A DNA stretch of 64,000 nt from an uncultured delta proteobacterium. Lineage in GTDB: Bacteria; Desulfobacterota; Binatia; Binatales; Binataceae. The translations under genes were made by a program, and so were the position numbers. The DNA is taken from contig CAVQEQ010000001.1 of NCBI GenBank assembly GCA_963711565.1, positions 832,001-896,000 on the forward strand, given 5' to 3'. This document shows positions 41,292 to 51,422 of the stretch, piece by piece; positions within the stretch are counted from its first letter, which is position 1, and each line of letters opens with the position of its first letter. A model generated the notes under the pieces. It was not told where the DNA came from, searched no databases, and saw only the letters and a list, made by a program, of their open reading frames with translations.

Positions 41292-41515
41292 ACGACATGC
41301 CGCCGCAAAGTATCTGTCAATTATTGACTCTGCTTAGTTTAATTACTCTACAAGCAGTAGATCGCACAGGATTGTTGCATGAATGCCACTGCGCGATTGT
41401 TGCAGGTGAGTTTTTTTTAATCCGAAATGCCGCTATTAGACCTGAAGATGGGCCCGTTTGACTCGCTTGGAATTACCTTGATAACGACTCAGGGTCTGCT
41501 ACGATTGGCGGCGCT

Positions 41516-42127
41516 ATGGGCGCATCTTCACCGACCGGAGGCAACTTCAGACAACGGCTGACGCAGGACGAAAAAACCGCTGAAACGCGGCGCCGCCTGC
41601 TCGACGCAGCAATCGGGTGCCTGATTGATCGCGGCTACGCGAACACCACCACTTCCGAAATTGCCGAACGCGCCGGCCTCTCCCGCGGCGCACAGCTCTA
41701 CCACTTCCCCAAGAAAGAAGAACTACTGACCAGCGCCGTCGAGCATCTTTACCAGCTAATGTTCGGCGAGATGAAGGAGAAGGTCAGCCGGCTGACCAAC
41801 GAGGACGATCGACGGGCAACGGCCATCGATTTGATGTGGGAGATTGCCAACGGCCGGTTCATGACCGCCTGGATCGAGATATGTGTCGCGAGCCGCACTG
41901 ATTCGTATCTTCGCGAGTCGGTTAGCGCGGCGAAAGATCGGGCGGCGGAGCTCATTGATCGATCGTTCAGGGAGCTGTTTCCGCGGCCCGCCGGCGCCCC
42001 TACCGAGTACGACCTGATTCCGGAAGTCGTACTCTTGATACTCCAGGGGATGGCACTCGAAGGCCAGGCGCTCAACTCGGAGTTCACGACGAAAGTCCTG
42101 ACCGCGCTCAAAACCTTCAAGCTCTAG
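41516..42127 (+). CDS. TetR/AcrR-family regulator
   Basis: GYANTTTSEIAERAGLSRGAQLYHFPKKEEL. Confidence 0.93.
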   Translation: MGASSPTGGNFRQRLTQDEKTAETRRRLLDAAIGCLIDRGYANTTTSEIAERAGLSRGAQLYHFPKKEELLTSAVEHLYQLMFGEMKEKVSRLTNEDDRRATAIDLMWEIANGRFMTAWIEICVASRTDSYLRESVSAAKDRAAELIDRSFRELFPRPAGAPTEYDLIPEVVLLILQGMALEGQALNSEFTTKVLTALKTFKL

Positions 42128-42139
42128 CGACGCGGGCAG

Positions 42140-43903
42140 CTAACGCCCCACACCACTCAGCTTCACTGTCTGCGGAGTGCCGTTCGCGTTGTCGGTGATC
42201 GTTATCGCGGCGGTCTGCTTCATCGCCGCGCTCGGCGTGAATGTCACCGAGATCGAACAATTCGCGCCCGCCGCCAGTGTCGCGGGACAGTTGTTGGTCT
42301 GTGTGAACGCCCCCGCGTCGGAAATATCCTCGATCAGCACCGGATTCGTCGGATGCTTCTTCCCGCCCCTGGGATTGGACACCTTCACCATTTTCGGCTT
42401 GCTCGATGTACCAACCGCGGTCTTCGGAAACTTCAGCGACTTCGGCTTGATCTCGAGCGTCACCGGCACGGGCGTCGGGGTGGGCGTCGCGGTTGGCGCG
42501 ATAGTGGCGGTCGGAATCGGAGTCGGACTCGGGATTCCGATCGCGTAGAGATTGTCGTCCTCGGAGCCAAAGTAGATGGTCCCGTCGGCGCCGATCGCCG
42601 GCGAGGAGTAAACGTAAGAGCCGGTCGCGAACGTCCATTTCAGGGTGCCGTCGGGATTCAGCGCGTAAAGGTTGTAGTCGTCAGCGCCGAAGTAAATGGT
42701 CCCGTCGGCGCCAATCGCCGGCGAGGATTCCACATCGTCGAGAGCTGTGAACGTCCACTTCTGCGTAACGGTGCCCTGTCCGCCGTCGGTTAGCGCGTAG
42801 AGGACGTTGGCGGTGTCAATCGTGCCGACGTAGATAGTCCCGTCCGCGCCGATCGCCGGCGATGAGTCCACGCCATTTGCAGTTGGAAACTTCCATTTGA
42901 GCGTGCCGTTGGGATTCAACGCATAGAGATTGTCGTCATAGGAGCCGAAGTAGATGGTTCCATCGGCGCCGATCGCCGGCGACGATGTCACGATTTCGCC
43001 GGTCGGGAACGACCAATTCAGCGTGCCGCCCGGATTTATCGCGTAGAGGCTTTGGTCAAGAGAGCCAACGTAGATCGTCCCGTCGGCGCCGATTGCGGGC
43101 GAGGAGTCCACGGCGCCGCCAGTTGCGAACTTCCATTTGAGCGAACCGCTCGGATTTATGGCGTACAGATTGTCGTCGTAGCAGCCGACGTAGATGGTGC
43201 CGTCGGAACCGATTGCCGGCGAAGAGGACAGATCATTTGGGGCTGTGAATGCCCATTTCTGCGTGCCGTCGGGATCTAACGCATAGAGGTGGTGGTCTTC
43301 GGAGGCAACGTAAATCGTCCCGTCGGCGCCGATCGCCGGCGCAGCGGCTACGTCGCCTCCGGTTACGAACGCCCACTTCTGCGTGCCGTTGGGGTTCACC
43401 GCGAAAAGACTGCCGTCGTAGGAGCCGACGTAGATAGTTCCATCGACGCCGATCGCCGGCGAGGAGTACACAATCCCACCGGTTGCGAATGCCCACTTCT
43501 GCGTGCCGGGGTTGGCGCTCGTGTCAAACTGGCTGAGCCCGGTATGCGCGAGATCATGATGGAACATCGGCCACGGCGACGTGGCAATTTGCGCATACGA
43601 TACGGCGATGGCCACGGCGGTTATCGCCACAAATGCGGCGCCCCCAAAAAGTATGTAAATCCGAATTGCCGCTGACCTCTGAATGAGCGCTACGGCGCAC
43701 GGCGCCAAAAAACCACGCCGGCCAGCAGCAAAAACATCAGACTGGCTACTGGGATCGCGCGCGTCTCCGATGCGCCCTTGAGGCCGTAGTCGCGATCGCG
43801 CTCGACGGTTCCGCCGTTTACGCACCACGCGGCAGTTTTCTCGGCGTACGGCCAGCCGATCGAGGCGAACAGCGTCCTGAATTTTCCGTACGGGCCAAAC
43901 CAT
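42140..43903 (-). CDS. Secreted PQQ-like 8-blade beta-propeller protein with Pro/Thr linker and C-terminal Ig-like domain; true start probably near 43690
   Basis: WPMFHHD…TG, eight KW.F…SSPAIGADGTIY repeats, PTPIPTAT linker, CSISVTFTP. Confidence 0.85.
   Translation of the reverse strand: MVWPVRKIQDAVRLDRLAVRRENCRVVRKRRNRRARSRLRPQGRIGDARDPSSQSDVFAAGRRGFLAPCAVALIQRSAAIRIYILFGGAAFVAITAVAIAVSYAQIATSPWPMFHHDLAHTGLSQFDTSANPGTQKWAFATGGIVYSSPAIGVDGTIYVGSYDGSLFAVNPNGTQKWAFVTGGDVAAAPAIGADGTIYVASEDHHLYALDPDGTQKWAFTAPNDLSSSPAIGSDGTIYVGCYDDNLYAINPSGSLKWKFATGGAVDSSPAIGADGTIYVGSLDQSLYAINPGGTLNWSFPTGEIVTSSPAIGADGTIYFGSYDDNLYALNPNGTLKWKFPTANGVDSSPAIGADGTIYVGTIDTANVLYALTDGGQGTVTQKWTFTALDDVESSPAIGADGTIYFGADDYNLYALNPDGTLKWTFATGSYVYSSPAIGADGTIYFGSEDDNLYAIGIPSPTPIPTATIAPTATPTPTPVPVTLEIKPKSLKFPKTAVGTSSKPKMVKVSNPRGGKKHPTNPVLIEDISDAGAFTQTNNCPATLAAGANCSISVTFTPSAAMKQTAAITITDNANGTPQTVKLSGVGR
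42537..43501 (-). repeat. Eight intragenic tandem repeats of about 120 bp
   Basis: Recurrent ccgtcggcgccgatcgccggcga with about 120-bp period, encoding propeller blades. Confidence 0.9.
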
Positions 43904-45672
43904 CCCGTTTCGCGCGGAAGAACCCGAATGATCGCCATCATGCCGCCGTCCTCATGCGCCAGGATGTGGCAATGATAGACGAAATCGCCAATGTCGGGTC
44001 CGCGAAAATCCATGCGTACCGTCACGCTCGGGTAGGGCCCGGAGCCCGACCAGTAAGGCACTTGAACCATGTCGTGGAGCTGCTGCTGCTCCTTGGGCAC
44101 CGGCACGCCGTTGATTGCCAGCAGCATGAAATGAATCTGGTGCATGTGAAATTCGTGGACTTCCTGCGTGGTGTTCTCGATGGTCCAGTCTTCGACCGCG
44201 CCTTGCGTGGTGGTGATCGCGGGAGGGTTGTCGGGGTTGAATATTTCCGGCGTCGCCCCGACGACGGTGATGAAAAATTCCGTGTTGAGCCAGAAGATCG
44301 GATCGTGCGTGTCGATGACCTCTTCGGAAAAATACAAGGTGCGCTGAGTCGTCGGCTTCGCGTCCGCCAACCCCTCGAAGCGTTGCGGTCCCGGCGCGCC
44401 CGACGCCGCGGGCATTACGAGTTGCGCCGTCGCGTCGGTGGACTTGGGATTCGTCAGGGTCGCGAGCGGGCGCTGGGGATCGAAGTCCCCGACCGGGCCG
44501 GTTTCGACGTTGAGGGTCAGGAAAGTTGCGTTCTTTACCGATTTGGATGGGCCGGTGACGATAAACTCCGCGCGTCCCGCGTTCGGAATAAAAACGTCGG
44601 TCATCTTGAGGAGCTTGCCCTTACGCGTGCCGTCCTGCGATCCAACGGGAACGCCGTCGATGCCAACCAGCTCAATCTTCTGCGCCTCCCCATCGTATTG
44701 GAGTTGAAGATCCAGTTGCGTATCGGCGCACGCATTCACCACCCGCCAGAGCTGTTTTTCGCCGGGCTTGATATTGACGATCGCCGGCGTGTACTCGGGA
44801 TACGGAATCGGAACGTAATTCAGCGTCAGGTCCCATGAAGGCACGTCGTTGGGACCGCCGGGCGGCGGCAGGCCGGCCACGTTCTGATCGCGAATGACAA
44901 AAATCCGTTGCGCTAGGCCGGCCACCTTCGGCTGCACTTTTTCGAGCCCCTCCACCACGATCGCGCCCGACGCTCCGCCCTGCACCGCCGCGTTTGCGAG
45001 TCCATGAACATGCGGATGGTACCAGTAGAGACCAGGCGGTTCGTCCTTGGGAAATTTCAGGTCGTAGCTGAATGTATCTCCCGAATTGATCAGCGTGTGG
45101 ATCACCTCGTCCTGATGGCAGACCGGCGAAGTATTGGTGCCATGAAAATGAATGTTGACGGAGTCCGGCCCCATCGACGATGCGCCGCACACGTCCGACG
45201 CCGACGTGGACATCCGCAACGCAGTGGAGAGAACCGGCGCCGGAATATTGTTGGTGACGTTTACGACGAGGTGATCGCCCGGATGCACATGCAACGTCGG
45301 CGACTCGGCGCCGTCGGGCGTCGTGAAGCAGTACAGGGTGCGGCCGTCGGCGTCAACTTCAGTGTTGTAGGACAGGCTTACTGTCAGGGTGCCGTGCTTG
45401 CTGAACAGATCCGTCGGGTTGCTTACGACGCTGCCAGCGGCATAACGAGTGCACGGACCGGCAGTGTCGCTTGGCGCGAGACTCGACTGGTCGGCGCCAC
45501 CGGTCGATGGAGCCGCAAGAACAAGCAGCGCAATCAACGCAAGAAATGCAGTCCCGTTTCTAATGACGGCCAGTCTCCACCGCGGGACGCGGTGCGTCAA
45601 TCTCTTAACGATTTCATGCATTTGCGGCGTCTCCCTCGTCCACCTGCGTAATAGGAAGAGCGCGGCATGCAA
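43690..45672 (-). CDS. Multicopper oxidase with signal peptide and hydrophobic C-terminal tail
   Basis: HFHG, WYHPH, HEFHMH, HCHILAHEDGGM all intact. Confidence 0.93.
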   Translation of the reverse strand: MHAALFLLRRWTRETPQMHEIVKRLTHRVPRWRLAVIRNGTAFLALIALLVLAAPSTGGADQSSLAPSDTAGPCTRYAAGSVVSNPTDLFSKHGTLTVSLSYNTEVDADGRTLYCFTTPDGAESPTLHVHPGDHLVVNVTNNIPAPVLSTALRMSTSASDVCGASSMGPDSVNIHFHGTNTSPVCHQDEVIHTLINSGDTFSYDLKFPKDEPPGLYWYHPHVHGLANAAVQGGASGAIVVEGLEKVQPKVAGLAQRIFVIRDQNVAGLPPPGGPNDVPSWDLTLNYVPIPYPEYTPAIVNIKPGEKQLWRVVNACADTQLDLQLQYDGEAQKIELVGIDGVPVGSQDGTRKGKLLKMTDVFIPNAGRAEFIVTGPSKSVKNATFLTLNVETGPVGDFDPQRPLATLTNPKSTDATAQLVMPAASGAPGPQRFEGLADAKPTTQRTLYFSEEVIDTHDPIFWLNTEFFITVVGATPEIFNPDNPPAITTTQGAVEDWTIENTTQEVHEFHMHQIHFMLLAINGVPVPKEQQQLHDMVQVPYWSGSGPYPSVTVRMDFRGPDIGDFVYHCHILAHEDGGMMAIIRVLPRETGWFGPYGKFRTLFASIGWPYAEKTAAWCVNGGTVERDRDYGLKGASETRAIPVASLMFLLLAGVVFWRRAP

Positions 45673-46840
45673 TGTCGGCCAACAGCAGGATCATCGCCAG
45701 CGGAGAGATCGGAATCATTGCGTGGCCGGCGAGTGAGCGCGCGAATAGAGGCAGCAGCCAGACGAACACGAGCAACGATTTCTCATAAGGCATGAAGCCC
45801 GAGCGGCGGCCTTCGAGCGCCAGCCACGCAATCGGCAGCGCGAGTATAACCAGGTCGTAGTCCATCACGTAGGGCGTCGTCAGCAGGACGCCGGTTGCGA
45901 GCGCGGCGGCGTGAAGATCAAACTTTGGCGTTCGCCGCCATATCCAGATGACCGCAACCGCGGCCAGCAGGCTGATCGCAGCCTGGAACGTGTACGCTGT
46001 GGCGACGCTGAAGCCCCACAGTCGAGCGGCCGCGAAAGCACTTTGCAGTTTCTCGAATCCGCTGCCACCCTGCTCGAGCACGACGTGGCGGGTGAAGGCG
46101 ATGCTCGAGAAGAAAGCCTGCCAGGTTTGCGCGCCGAAGATCGCAAACGACAAAGCCGCCAGCAATAGTACCGTGACGGACGCCGATACGATCGTGCGCC
46201 AGCGGCCGGTGGCAATCAGAAAAATGGGCACGAGCAGGCCGTATTGCGGCTTGTAGCTCATCAGGCCGAACATCACGCCGGCCACGATCGGGCGGCGTTC
46301 CAGCGTCAGCAGCGCGCCTCCGAGCAAGGCGAGGGTGAGGAATCCATTCTGGCCGTTAGTCAGATTGACCAGCGCGCCGGGAAAGGCGATCGCCAGCCAG
46401 AGCGAATCGCGCTCGGGATCGATCTTCCACATCACGCCGAGATAAGCGGCGAAGGTTGCGACAGTCCACGCGAGCAACGACCACGCGTACGGAATTAGCG
46501 CGAGCGGAGTGATTATCAGGAGATATACAGGAGGATAATGAAAGCCGGCGAAGCCGACGGCCGGGTCGGCGACGGCGGAGCGTTCGACCGCCCACAGTCG
46601 CGCAATGTCGTAAACAGCGGACGGAGCGCCGTGGAGCGTCAGCCACGATGCGGACCACGGGTCGATGAAGTCGGCGCCGATGGGATGTCCCGCGGGATCG
46701 ACGAGTCCCTTGCTGCGCAGGAGCCAGACGAGGGCGCTGACGACGTAAACCAGCAGGAACAGTTTCGGATATACGGCGAGGCGGCGGCGGGTCAGCCACG
46801 GCGCATCCCTGAAGAAGTCGGGTGTCGAGCTATCGGCCAA
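45614..46840 (-). CDS. Glycosyltransferase family 87 (GT-C fold) membrane protein
   Basis: IGADF, FHYPP, GQNGFL, YKPQYG, PYVMDYDL; many TM helices. Confidence 0.88.
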   Translation of the reverse strand: MADSSTPDFFRDAPWLTRRRLAVYPKLFLLVYVVSALVWLLRSKGLVDPAGHPIGADFIDPWSASWLTLHGAPSAVYDIARLWAVERSAVADPAVGFAGFHYPPVYLLIITPLALIPYAWSLLAWTVATFAAYLGVMWKIDPERDSLWLAIAFPGALVNLTNGQNGFLTLALLGGALLTLERRPIVAGVMFGLMSYKPQYGLLVPIFLIATGRWRTIVSASVTVLLLAALSFAIFGAQTWQAFFSSIAFTRHVVLEQGGSGFEKLQSAFAAARLWGFSVATAYTFQAAISLLAAVAVIWIWRRTPKFDLHAAALATGVLLTTPYVMDYDLVILALPIAWLALEGRRSGFMPYEKSLLVFVWLLPLFARSLAGHAMIPISPLAMILLLADIACRALPITQVDEGDAANA

Positions 46841-46937
46841 CCATCCTCCGCGCGAGTCATCCCACAGACTGCTATCAAACGAGCTCGGCTGCGAACCTCA
46901 ATAGCAAAGGCGGCGCGAGCGCCACAACCGGCGGCAA

Positions 46938-47711
46938 TTATGCGGAGCGGAAGTACTGACCGGGGGTTTTGCCGAACGTCAACCGAAACGCCGAGATGAA
47001 TGCGCTGATACTGTCGTAGCCGACGTCGAAGGCGACCGTCGTGACCGCGTCACCGGCAGCGAGCAGCCGCAGCGCGTGACCGAGCCGGAGTTGCTGACGC
47101 CATTTGCTGAAGCCGAGGCCAGTCTCGGTCTTGAACAGGCGCTCGACGGTGCGCTTGCTGGCGCCCGCCAACTTCGACAGCTCGATGAGCGAGCGAGTGT
47201 CGGACGGCTGCTTCTGCAGCATCGCGGCAATTCGTTTCGCGCGCGCGTCGCGCGGCAACGGGAGATGAACGGCGTCGGATTGCATCACGTGAAGATGATC
47301 GAGCAGGACCGAGACCAGGTGCGCGTGAGCCGGGACACGGATGCTCAGGCTGGCGAGCTCGACGATGCGGAGAATCAATTCACGGAGCAGAGGAGAGATG
47401 CCGATGACGCGAGGCTCGTCGGGCAACGCGCGGCCCAGTCGCGGCACGAGGTATAGCGTTCGCAGCGACACCGCTCCAGACATCTGGATCGAATGACGCG
47501 TACCGGCCGGAACCCAGACGCCGCGATGGATAGGAACGACCCATGCGCCTTCAGGTGTCCGCACGGTCATGACGCCCTGCGACGCGTAAACGAGCTGATG
47601 CCACGGATGCGAATGCGTTCTGATAACGTGACCATCGTCGTACTCGGGGACCGTTCCGGTGCGGACCTGATACTTATAGGAGTCAAAAAACCAGTGGCGC
47701 TTTTTCGGCAT
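46938..47711 (-). CDS. AraC-family regulator with cupin sensor domain
   Basis: HSHPWHQLVYA, WVPAGTRH, WRQQLRL, GYDSISAFISAFR. Confidence 0.92.
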   Translation of the reverse strand: MPKKRHWFFDSYKYQVRTGTVPEYDDGHVIRTHSHPWHQLVYASQGVMTVRTPEGAWVVPIHRGVWVPAGTRHSIQMSGAVSLRTLYLVPRLGRALPDEPRVIGISPLLRELILRIVELASLSIRVPAHAHLVSVLLDHLHVMQSDAVHLPLPRDARAKRIAAMLQKQPSDTRSLIELSKLAGASKRTVERLFKTETGLGFSKWRQQLRLGHALRLLAAGDAVTTVAFDVGYDSISAFISAFRLTFGKTPGQYFRSA

Positions 47712-47788
47712 CAGTTGGCAATCTATCGCAAGACGACCACACGCTCAAAGTGGTAAGACTGGCAGGTTGCAAGCAGGAGGTTCTCCAA

Positions 47789-48178
47789 ATGGTCGCCAGA
47801 AACATCTCGCACTTCGATGTCCACGCGGACGACGTGGCGCGCGCGCGGAAGTTCTACGAACGCGTGTTCGAGTGGCGCTTCTCGCCCTGGGGTCCGCCCG
47901 GTTTCTTCATGATCGCGACAGGCACCGAGAGCGACCCGGGAATCCACGGCGCGGTGCACGACCGTCCGAAAGACGGCCCTCGCGCCGTCGGCTTCGAGTG
48001 CACCATCGCGGTCGATGACGTGGACGTGATCGCCGCGCTCATCGAGAAGGAAGGCGGCAAGGTCACCGTGCCCAAGATGGTGATTCCCGGCGTCGGCGAG
48101 TTGATTCAATTCAGGGATACCGAAGGGAACATCGCGTGTGCGATGCGTTACTTCGACGAAACGATGGGGCGGCAATAG
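47789..48178 (+). CDS. VOC/glyoxalase-bleomycin-resistance family protein
   Basis: HFDVHADDVARARKFY, FRDTEGN; GGAGG RBS. Confidence 0.9.
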   Translation: MVARNISHFDVHADDVARARKFYERVFEWRFSPWGPPGFFMIATGTESDPGIHGAVHDRPKDGPRAVGFECTIAVDDVDVIAALIEKEGGKVTVPKMVIPGVGELIQFRDTEGNIACAMRYFDETMGRQ

Positions 48179-48585
48179 TGGCTATTCAACTCGACCATCT
48201 GATTCTCGCGGTGAACGATCGGAAGAAGAGCGTCGAGTTCTACACCGGCATCCTGGGCCTTAAGTACGAAGGCGATCGCGAGCCGTTCTCGATCGTCCGT
48301 GTGACGCCTGACTTCACTCTCCAACTTGCACAGTGGGGCACCAAGGGCGGCGAGCACCTTGCGTTCGCGATGTCGCGCGCGGAATTCGACGAGGTCTTCC
48401 GCAGGGTCATCGACGCGAAAATCGAATACGGCGATGCATTCGACGCGGTCGGAAATATGCGGGGACCGAGCGATGAGACGACGGTGTCGATCAATTCAGC
48501 CGGCGGAGGCGCGCGCGGGCCGGGCAAGAACCTCTACTTCTTCGACCCGAGCCGGCACCTGATCGAGATTCGGCACTACGAATGA
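48178..48585 (+). CDS. VOC family protein
   Basis: LDHLIL, HLAF, YFFDPSRHLIE; start overlaps the previous stop. Confidence 0.9.
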   Translation: MAIQLDHLILAVNDRKKSVEFYTGILGLKYEGDREPFSIVRVTPDFTLQLAQWGTKGGEHLAFAMSRAEFDEVFRRVIDAKIEYGDAFDAVGNMRGPSDETTVSINSAGGGARGPGKNLYFFDPSRHLIEIRHYE

Positions 48586-49232
48586 AAAAACCGAACGCAA
48601 AGCGGTTGGTCGATCCTCCGGATTTGCCGCCCGCGACATCGCTCGAGGCGCTCGACCTCGATTGTTTCGCCGCTGACTCATACGAGCTGGCGGCGATCGA
48701 AAAAGCGGCGCTGAACGACGCGTCCGCGAGCCGATTGCAATTCGATACCTGCGTCCTGACGCGAATCGAACTTGATCGCTCGAAACTGTCGAACCTCAGG
48801 ATGATCGATGTGCGCGTCGAGAAGTCGAGCGCCGCCAACGGCGTCTGGGCGAGCCCGAGCCTTCGCCGTATCGAGATAATCGGATCGCGTCTCACCGGCT
48901 TGACGATAACCGAGGGAGAGCTTTCAGACATTGTGTTCCGGGATTGCAAAGCAGACTTTCTGCAGATTTTGTCGTACCGGATCAGAGATGTTCGCTTCGA
49001 GAACTGTGTGATTGCGGAAGCCGAGTTCCGCGAGTCGACGATCGAACGCGTCACCTTCACCGGGTGCGATATGAGAAACACGAACCTGGCGCAGGCAAGA
49101 CTGACTGAAGTCGATCTGCGCGGGTCCAGGATCGAAGGACTCGTGCTTGATGCCGCCCAACTTGGATCGCTGACGGTCGATCCGGCGCAGGCTATAGTCG
49201 TCCTGCAGATGCTTGGCGCGAAAGTCGGCTAG
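48582..49232 (+). CDS. Pentapeptide-repeat protein
   Basis: Five-residue periodic pattern (AEFRE STIER VTFTG CDMRN TNLAQ ARLTE VDLRG). Confidence 0.88.
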   Translation: MKKPNAKRLVDPPDLPPATSLEALDLDCFAADSYELAAIEKAALNDASASRLQFDTCVLTRIELDRSKLSNLRMIDVRVEKSSAANGVWASPSLRRIEIIGSRLTGLTITEGELSDIVFRDCKADFLQILSYRIRDVRFENCVIAEAEFRESTIERVTFTGCDMRNTNLAQARLTEVDLRGSRIEGLVLDAAQLGSLTVDPAQAIVVLQMLGAKVG

Positions 49233-49262
49233 CCGCCCCTATCAGCATGCGGGACCGTCGGC

Positions 49263-50981
49263 TCAGTGGCGGACCTCGTCGGCGCGCGAGACCTCCATCC
49301 AGGCGTTGATTAGATCGTCGGCTTCGTCAGGCTCGAGGCGGCCGTCCTTCACTGCGGCGAGTATTTCGAGGATAGCGTCGTCGCGGCTCAGTTTTTCAGT
49401 CGCGCCGGGCCTGAATTGGGCCGACTGACTACTTGAAGCCGGCTTTGCGGCCTCCGACTGAGTAGTCGATTGACTATTCGACTGAGTAGTGCCGCCGGCC
49501 TCTTCGGGCGCACGCTTGCGCACATCGCGGGCCGCATCGCGGATTTTATCGCGCATCTCGCGCGCGGCCTGGCGCACGCGCTCGCGCATTTCATTGCGCG
49601 CATCGCGCGAGCCGCCACGGACCGCGTTCGCGACCAGATCGCCAATTTCCTTGCCGAGCTTCGACAGCCGATCGCCAACGTCGCCGGGAACCCGCTCTTC
49701 GATATCGGCGATTGCGCGCTCGACTTCGCGGAGTCCCTCGCTGACGTTGCGTTTCACGTCGCGGGTGACTTCGCGTACGATTCCACTCGAGAGGCCGCCG
49801 CTTTCCGCGACGAACTGGCCGGCGGCGTCGAGCACGCTGCGCACGAAGGCCGGGATCTCACCGCCGAGATCGTCGACGAAATCCTCAAACGGAGCGGAGA
49901 ATGAATCGCCGGCGCGCGAGCGATGGCCGCGGCCGGAGAAATCGCGTTCGCGTGCGTCGGCGCTGGCAATGATCACGTCGGCGCCGCGCGTCTCGACGCC
50001 AATTTTTGTGCGCGCGCCGGAAGCGGGCTCGGGACCGACCGGGCCGTGAACGTGATTGCGGCCGAGCCACTTCAGCGCGGTCGCATCGATGCTGTATGTG
50101 CGGATTCGACCCCATCCGGCGGAAGCGTCGAGCTCGAGCGAAGCGCCGGCGTCCACCTCGAGGTTGACACGACCGCGGCTACGGACGTTCCAGGCTTTGT
50201 CGGTGGGAAACGGGCCGGCGAGTTCGACGGCGCCGCCTACATCTTCAAGATTGAGCGAGCCGGCGACGCGGGCGATGCGCGCGTTGCCACCGACGAAGCC
50301 TACTGCGACCTCGCCGGCGACGGCGTCGGCCGCGAGCTTGCCGCCGATTTTGCCAATCTGCAGCCCGCCCGACAGGTTCGAGGCGCGCACCCTCCCGCCG
50401 ACGACGCCGGCCTCGACATGGGCGGCGTCTTCGATTTCGAGATGTCCACCGATCACGCGCGCGATGAACGACGCATGCACGCCGAGCAGGCTGGCGCCGC
50501 CGGCGATCTTTTCGATCGCGACTTCGCCGTCGATCGATCGGCAATCGAGTCCGCCGGCGACGTGGCTGAAGGTGATCGCGCCCGCGGATTCAACCGAGAG
50601 CGCACCGCGAACTTTGAGGCCGTCGACCGCGCCGGCCTCCTTGATATAGACGTTGCCGCCGACGGTGTCGCGCATCGAGATGGCGCCGATGTGGCGTGCG
50701 TGGAGGTTGCCGCGAACGCGCGTGACGACGAACGGCGTGGCGAGGTCGGCAACGTCGAGGTTGCCAGCGAGATCTTCGACTTCGACGGTAACGCCGGCGG
50801 GGACGGCAATGCTCGCGTTGTCGCGCAGCGTCACTTCAGCGACCCCGGCGTTGATTGAGACTCGCGGCGCGGTGCCCGAATCGATCTCGATTGCGGGACG
50901 ATCGGCGCCGATGATTTTCAGATTTCCGGCGGCGCGCAGGATGCGGATTGATTCGACTCCATCGAGCGTCGAGATAGCCAT
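49263..50981 (-). CDS. DUF4097 (Toastrack)-like beta-repeat protein with coiled coil and SHOCT-like tail
   Basis: Repeated xxGG/GN-L-x beta strands; helical region; EILAAVKDGRLEPDEADDLI; GGAG before the ATG at 50981. Confidence 0.75.
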   Translation of the reverse strand: MAISTLDGVESIRILRAAGNLKIIGADRPAIEIDSGTAPRVSINAGVAEVTLRDNASIAVPAGVTVEVEDLAGNLDVADLATPFVVTRVRGNLHARHIGAISMRDTVGGNVYIKEAGAVDGLKVRGALSVESAGAITFSHVAGGLDCRSIDGEVAIEKIAGGASLLGVHASFIARVIGGHLEIEDAAHVEAGVVGGRVRASNLSGGLQIGKIGGKLAADAVAGEVAVGFVGGNARIARVAGSLNLEDVGGAVELAGPFPTDKAWNVRSRGRVNLEVDAGASLELDASAGWGRIRTYSIDATALKWLGRNHVHGPVGPEPASGARTKIGVETRGADVIIASADARERDFSGRGHRSRAGDSFSAPFEDFVDDLGGEIPAFVRSVLDAAGQFVAESGGLSSGIVREVTRDVKRNVSEGLREVERAIADIEERVPGDVGDRLSKLGKEIGDLVANAVRGGSRDARNEMRERVRQAAREMRDKIRDAARDVRKRAPEEAGGTTQSNSQSTTQSEAAKPASSSQSAQFRPGATEKLSRDDAILEILAAVKDGRLEPDEADDLINAWMEVSRADEVRH

Positions 50982-51013
50982 TGAAAATTCCTCCGTTGAG
51001 ATTTTCTGCTTGC

Positions 51014-51415
51014 TTAGCTGTCTTTGGTGCGGGGTTCGTTGAGCGCGGCGAGCGCTTCGTCGGGAGTGAGTTTGCCGTCCTTGAGATCGGCCAGGACGGA
51101 GCGGCGCCGCGAGCCACTGTCGTCGGCACCCGAGGTGTCGGTAGCGGACTTGGCCAAGTAGCCGAGCGCCGCGATCACTTCGTCGAGGCGCGCACGCACG
51201 GTCGGGTAGGAGACCCCGAGTTCGCGCTCGACCTCGCGGATAACGCCGCGGTTCTTGATGAAGACCTCGATGAAGTCGATTTGCGCGCCGGTGAGCTTGA
51301 GGAGCGCGGGCGGCGCGAATTCGCCTTCGATAGAGATCGAGCAGTCGGGACAATCGAGGCGCGCGACGGTCAGATTGCCGTCACATGACGGACATTTGAG
51401 AATTATCGGTCTCAC
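51014..51415 (-). CDS. DUF2089-family zinc-ribbon HTH regulator with SHOCT-like tail
   Basis: CPSC…CPDC…IEGEF, ELGVSYPTVRARLD, LKDGKLTPDEA. Confidence 0.9.
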   Translation of the reverse strand: MRPIILKCPSCDGNLTVARLDCPDCSISIEGEFAPPALLKLTGAQIDFIEVFIKNRGVIREVERELGVSYPTVRARLDEVIAALGYLAKSATDTSGADDSGSRRRSVLADLKDGKLTPDEALAALNEPRTKDS

Positions 51416-51422
51416 TGAGGTT

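Noticed and set aside
41370-41404. Direct repeat GATTGTTGCA twice, possible sigma54 promoter
   Set aside because: GG-to-GC spacing does not fit -24/-12, and there is no other support.
42537-43501. Regular repeats as a possible CRISPR array
   Set aside because: Degenerate in-frame 120-bp coding repeats, with no unique spacers or cas genes.
50982-51353. N-terminal extension of the 696-aa ORF
   Set aside because: Overlaps the DUF2089 gene out of frame; the RBS-preceded ATG is at 50981.
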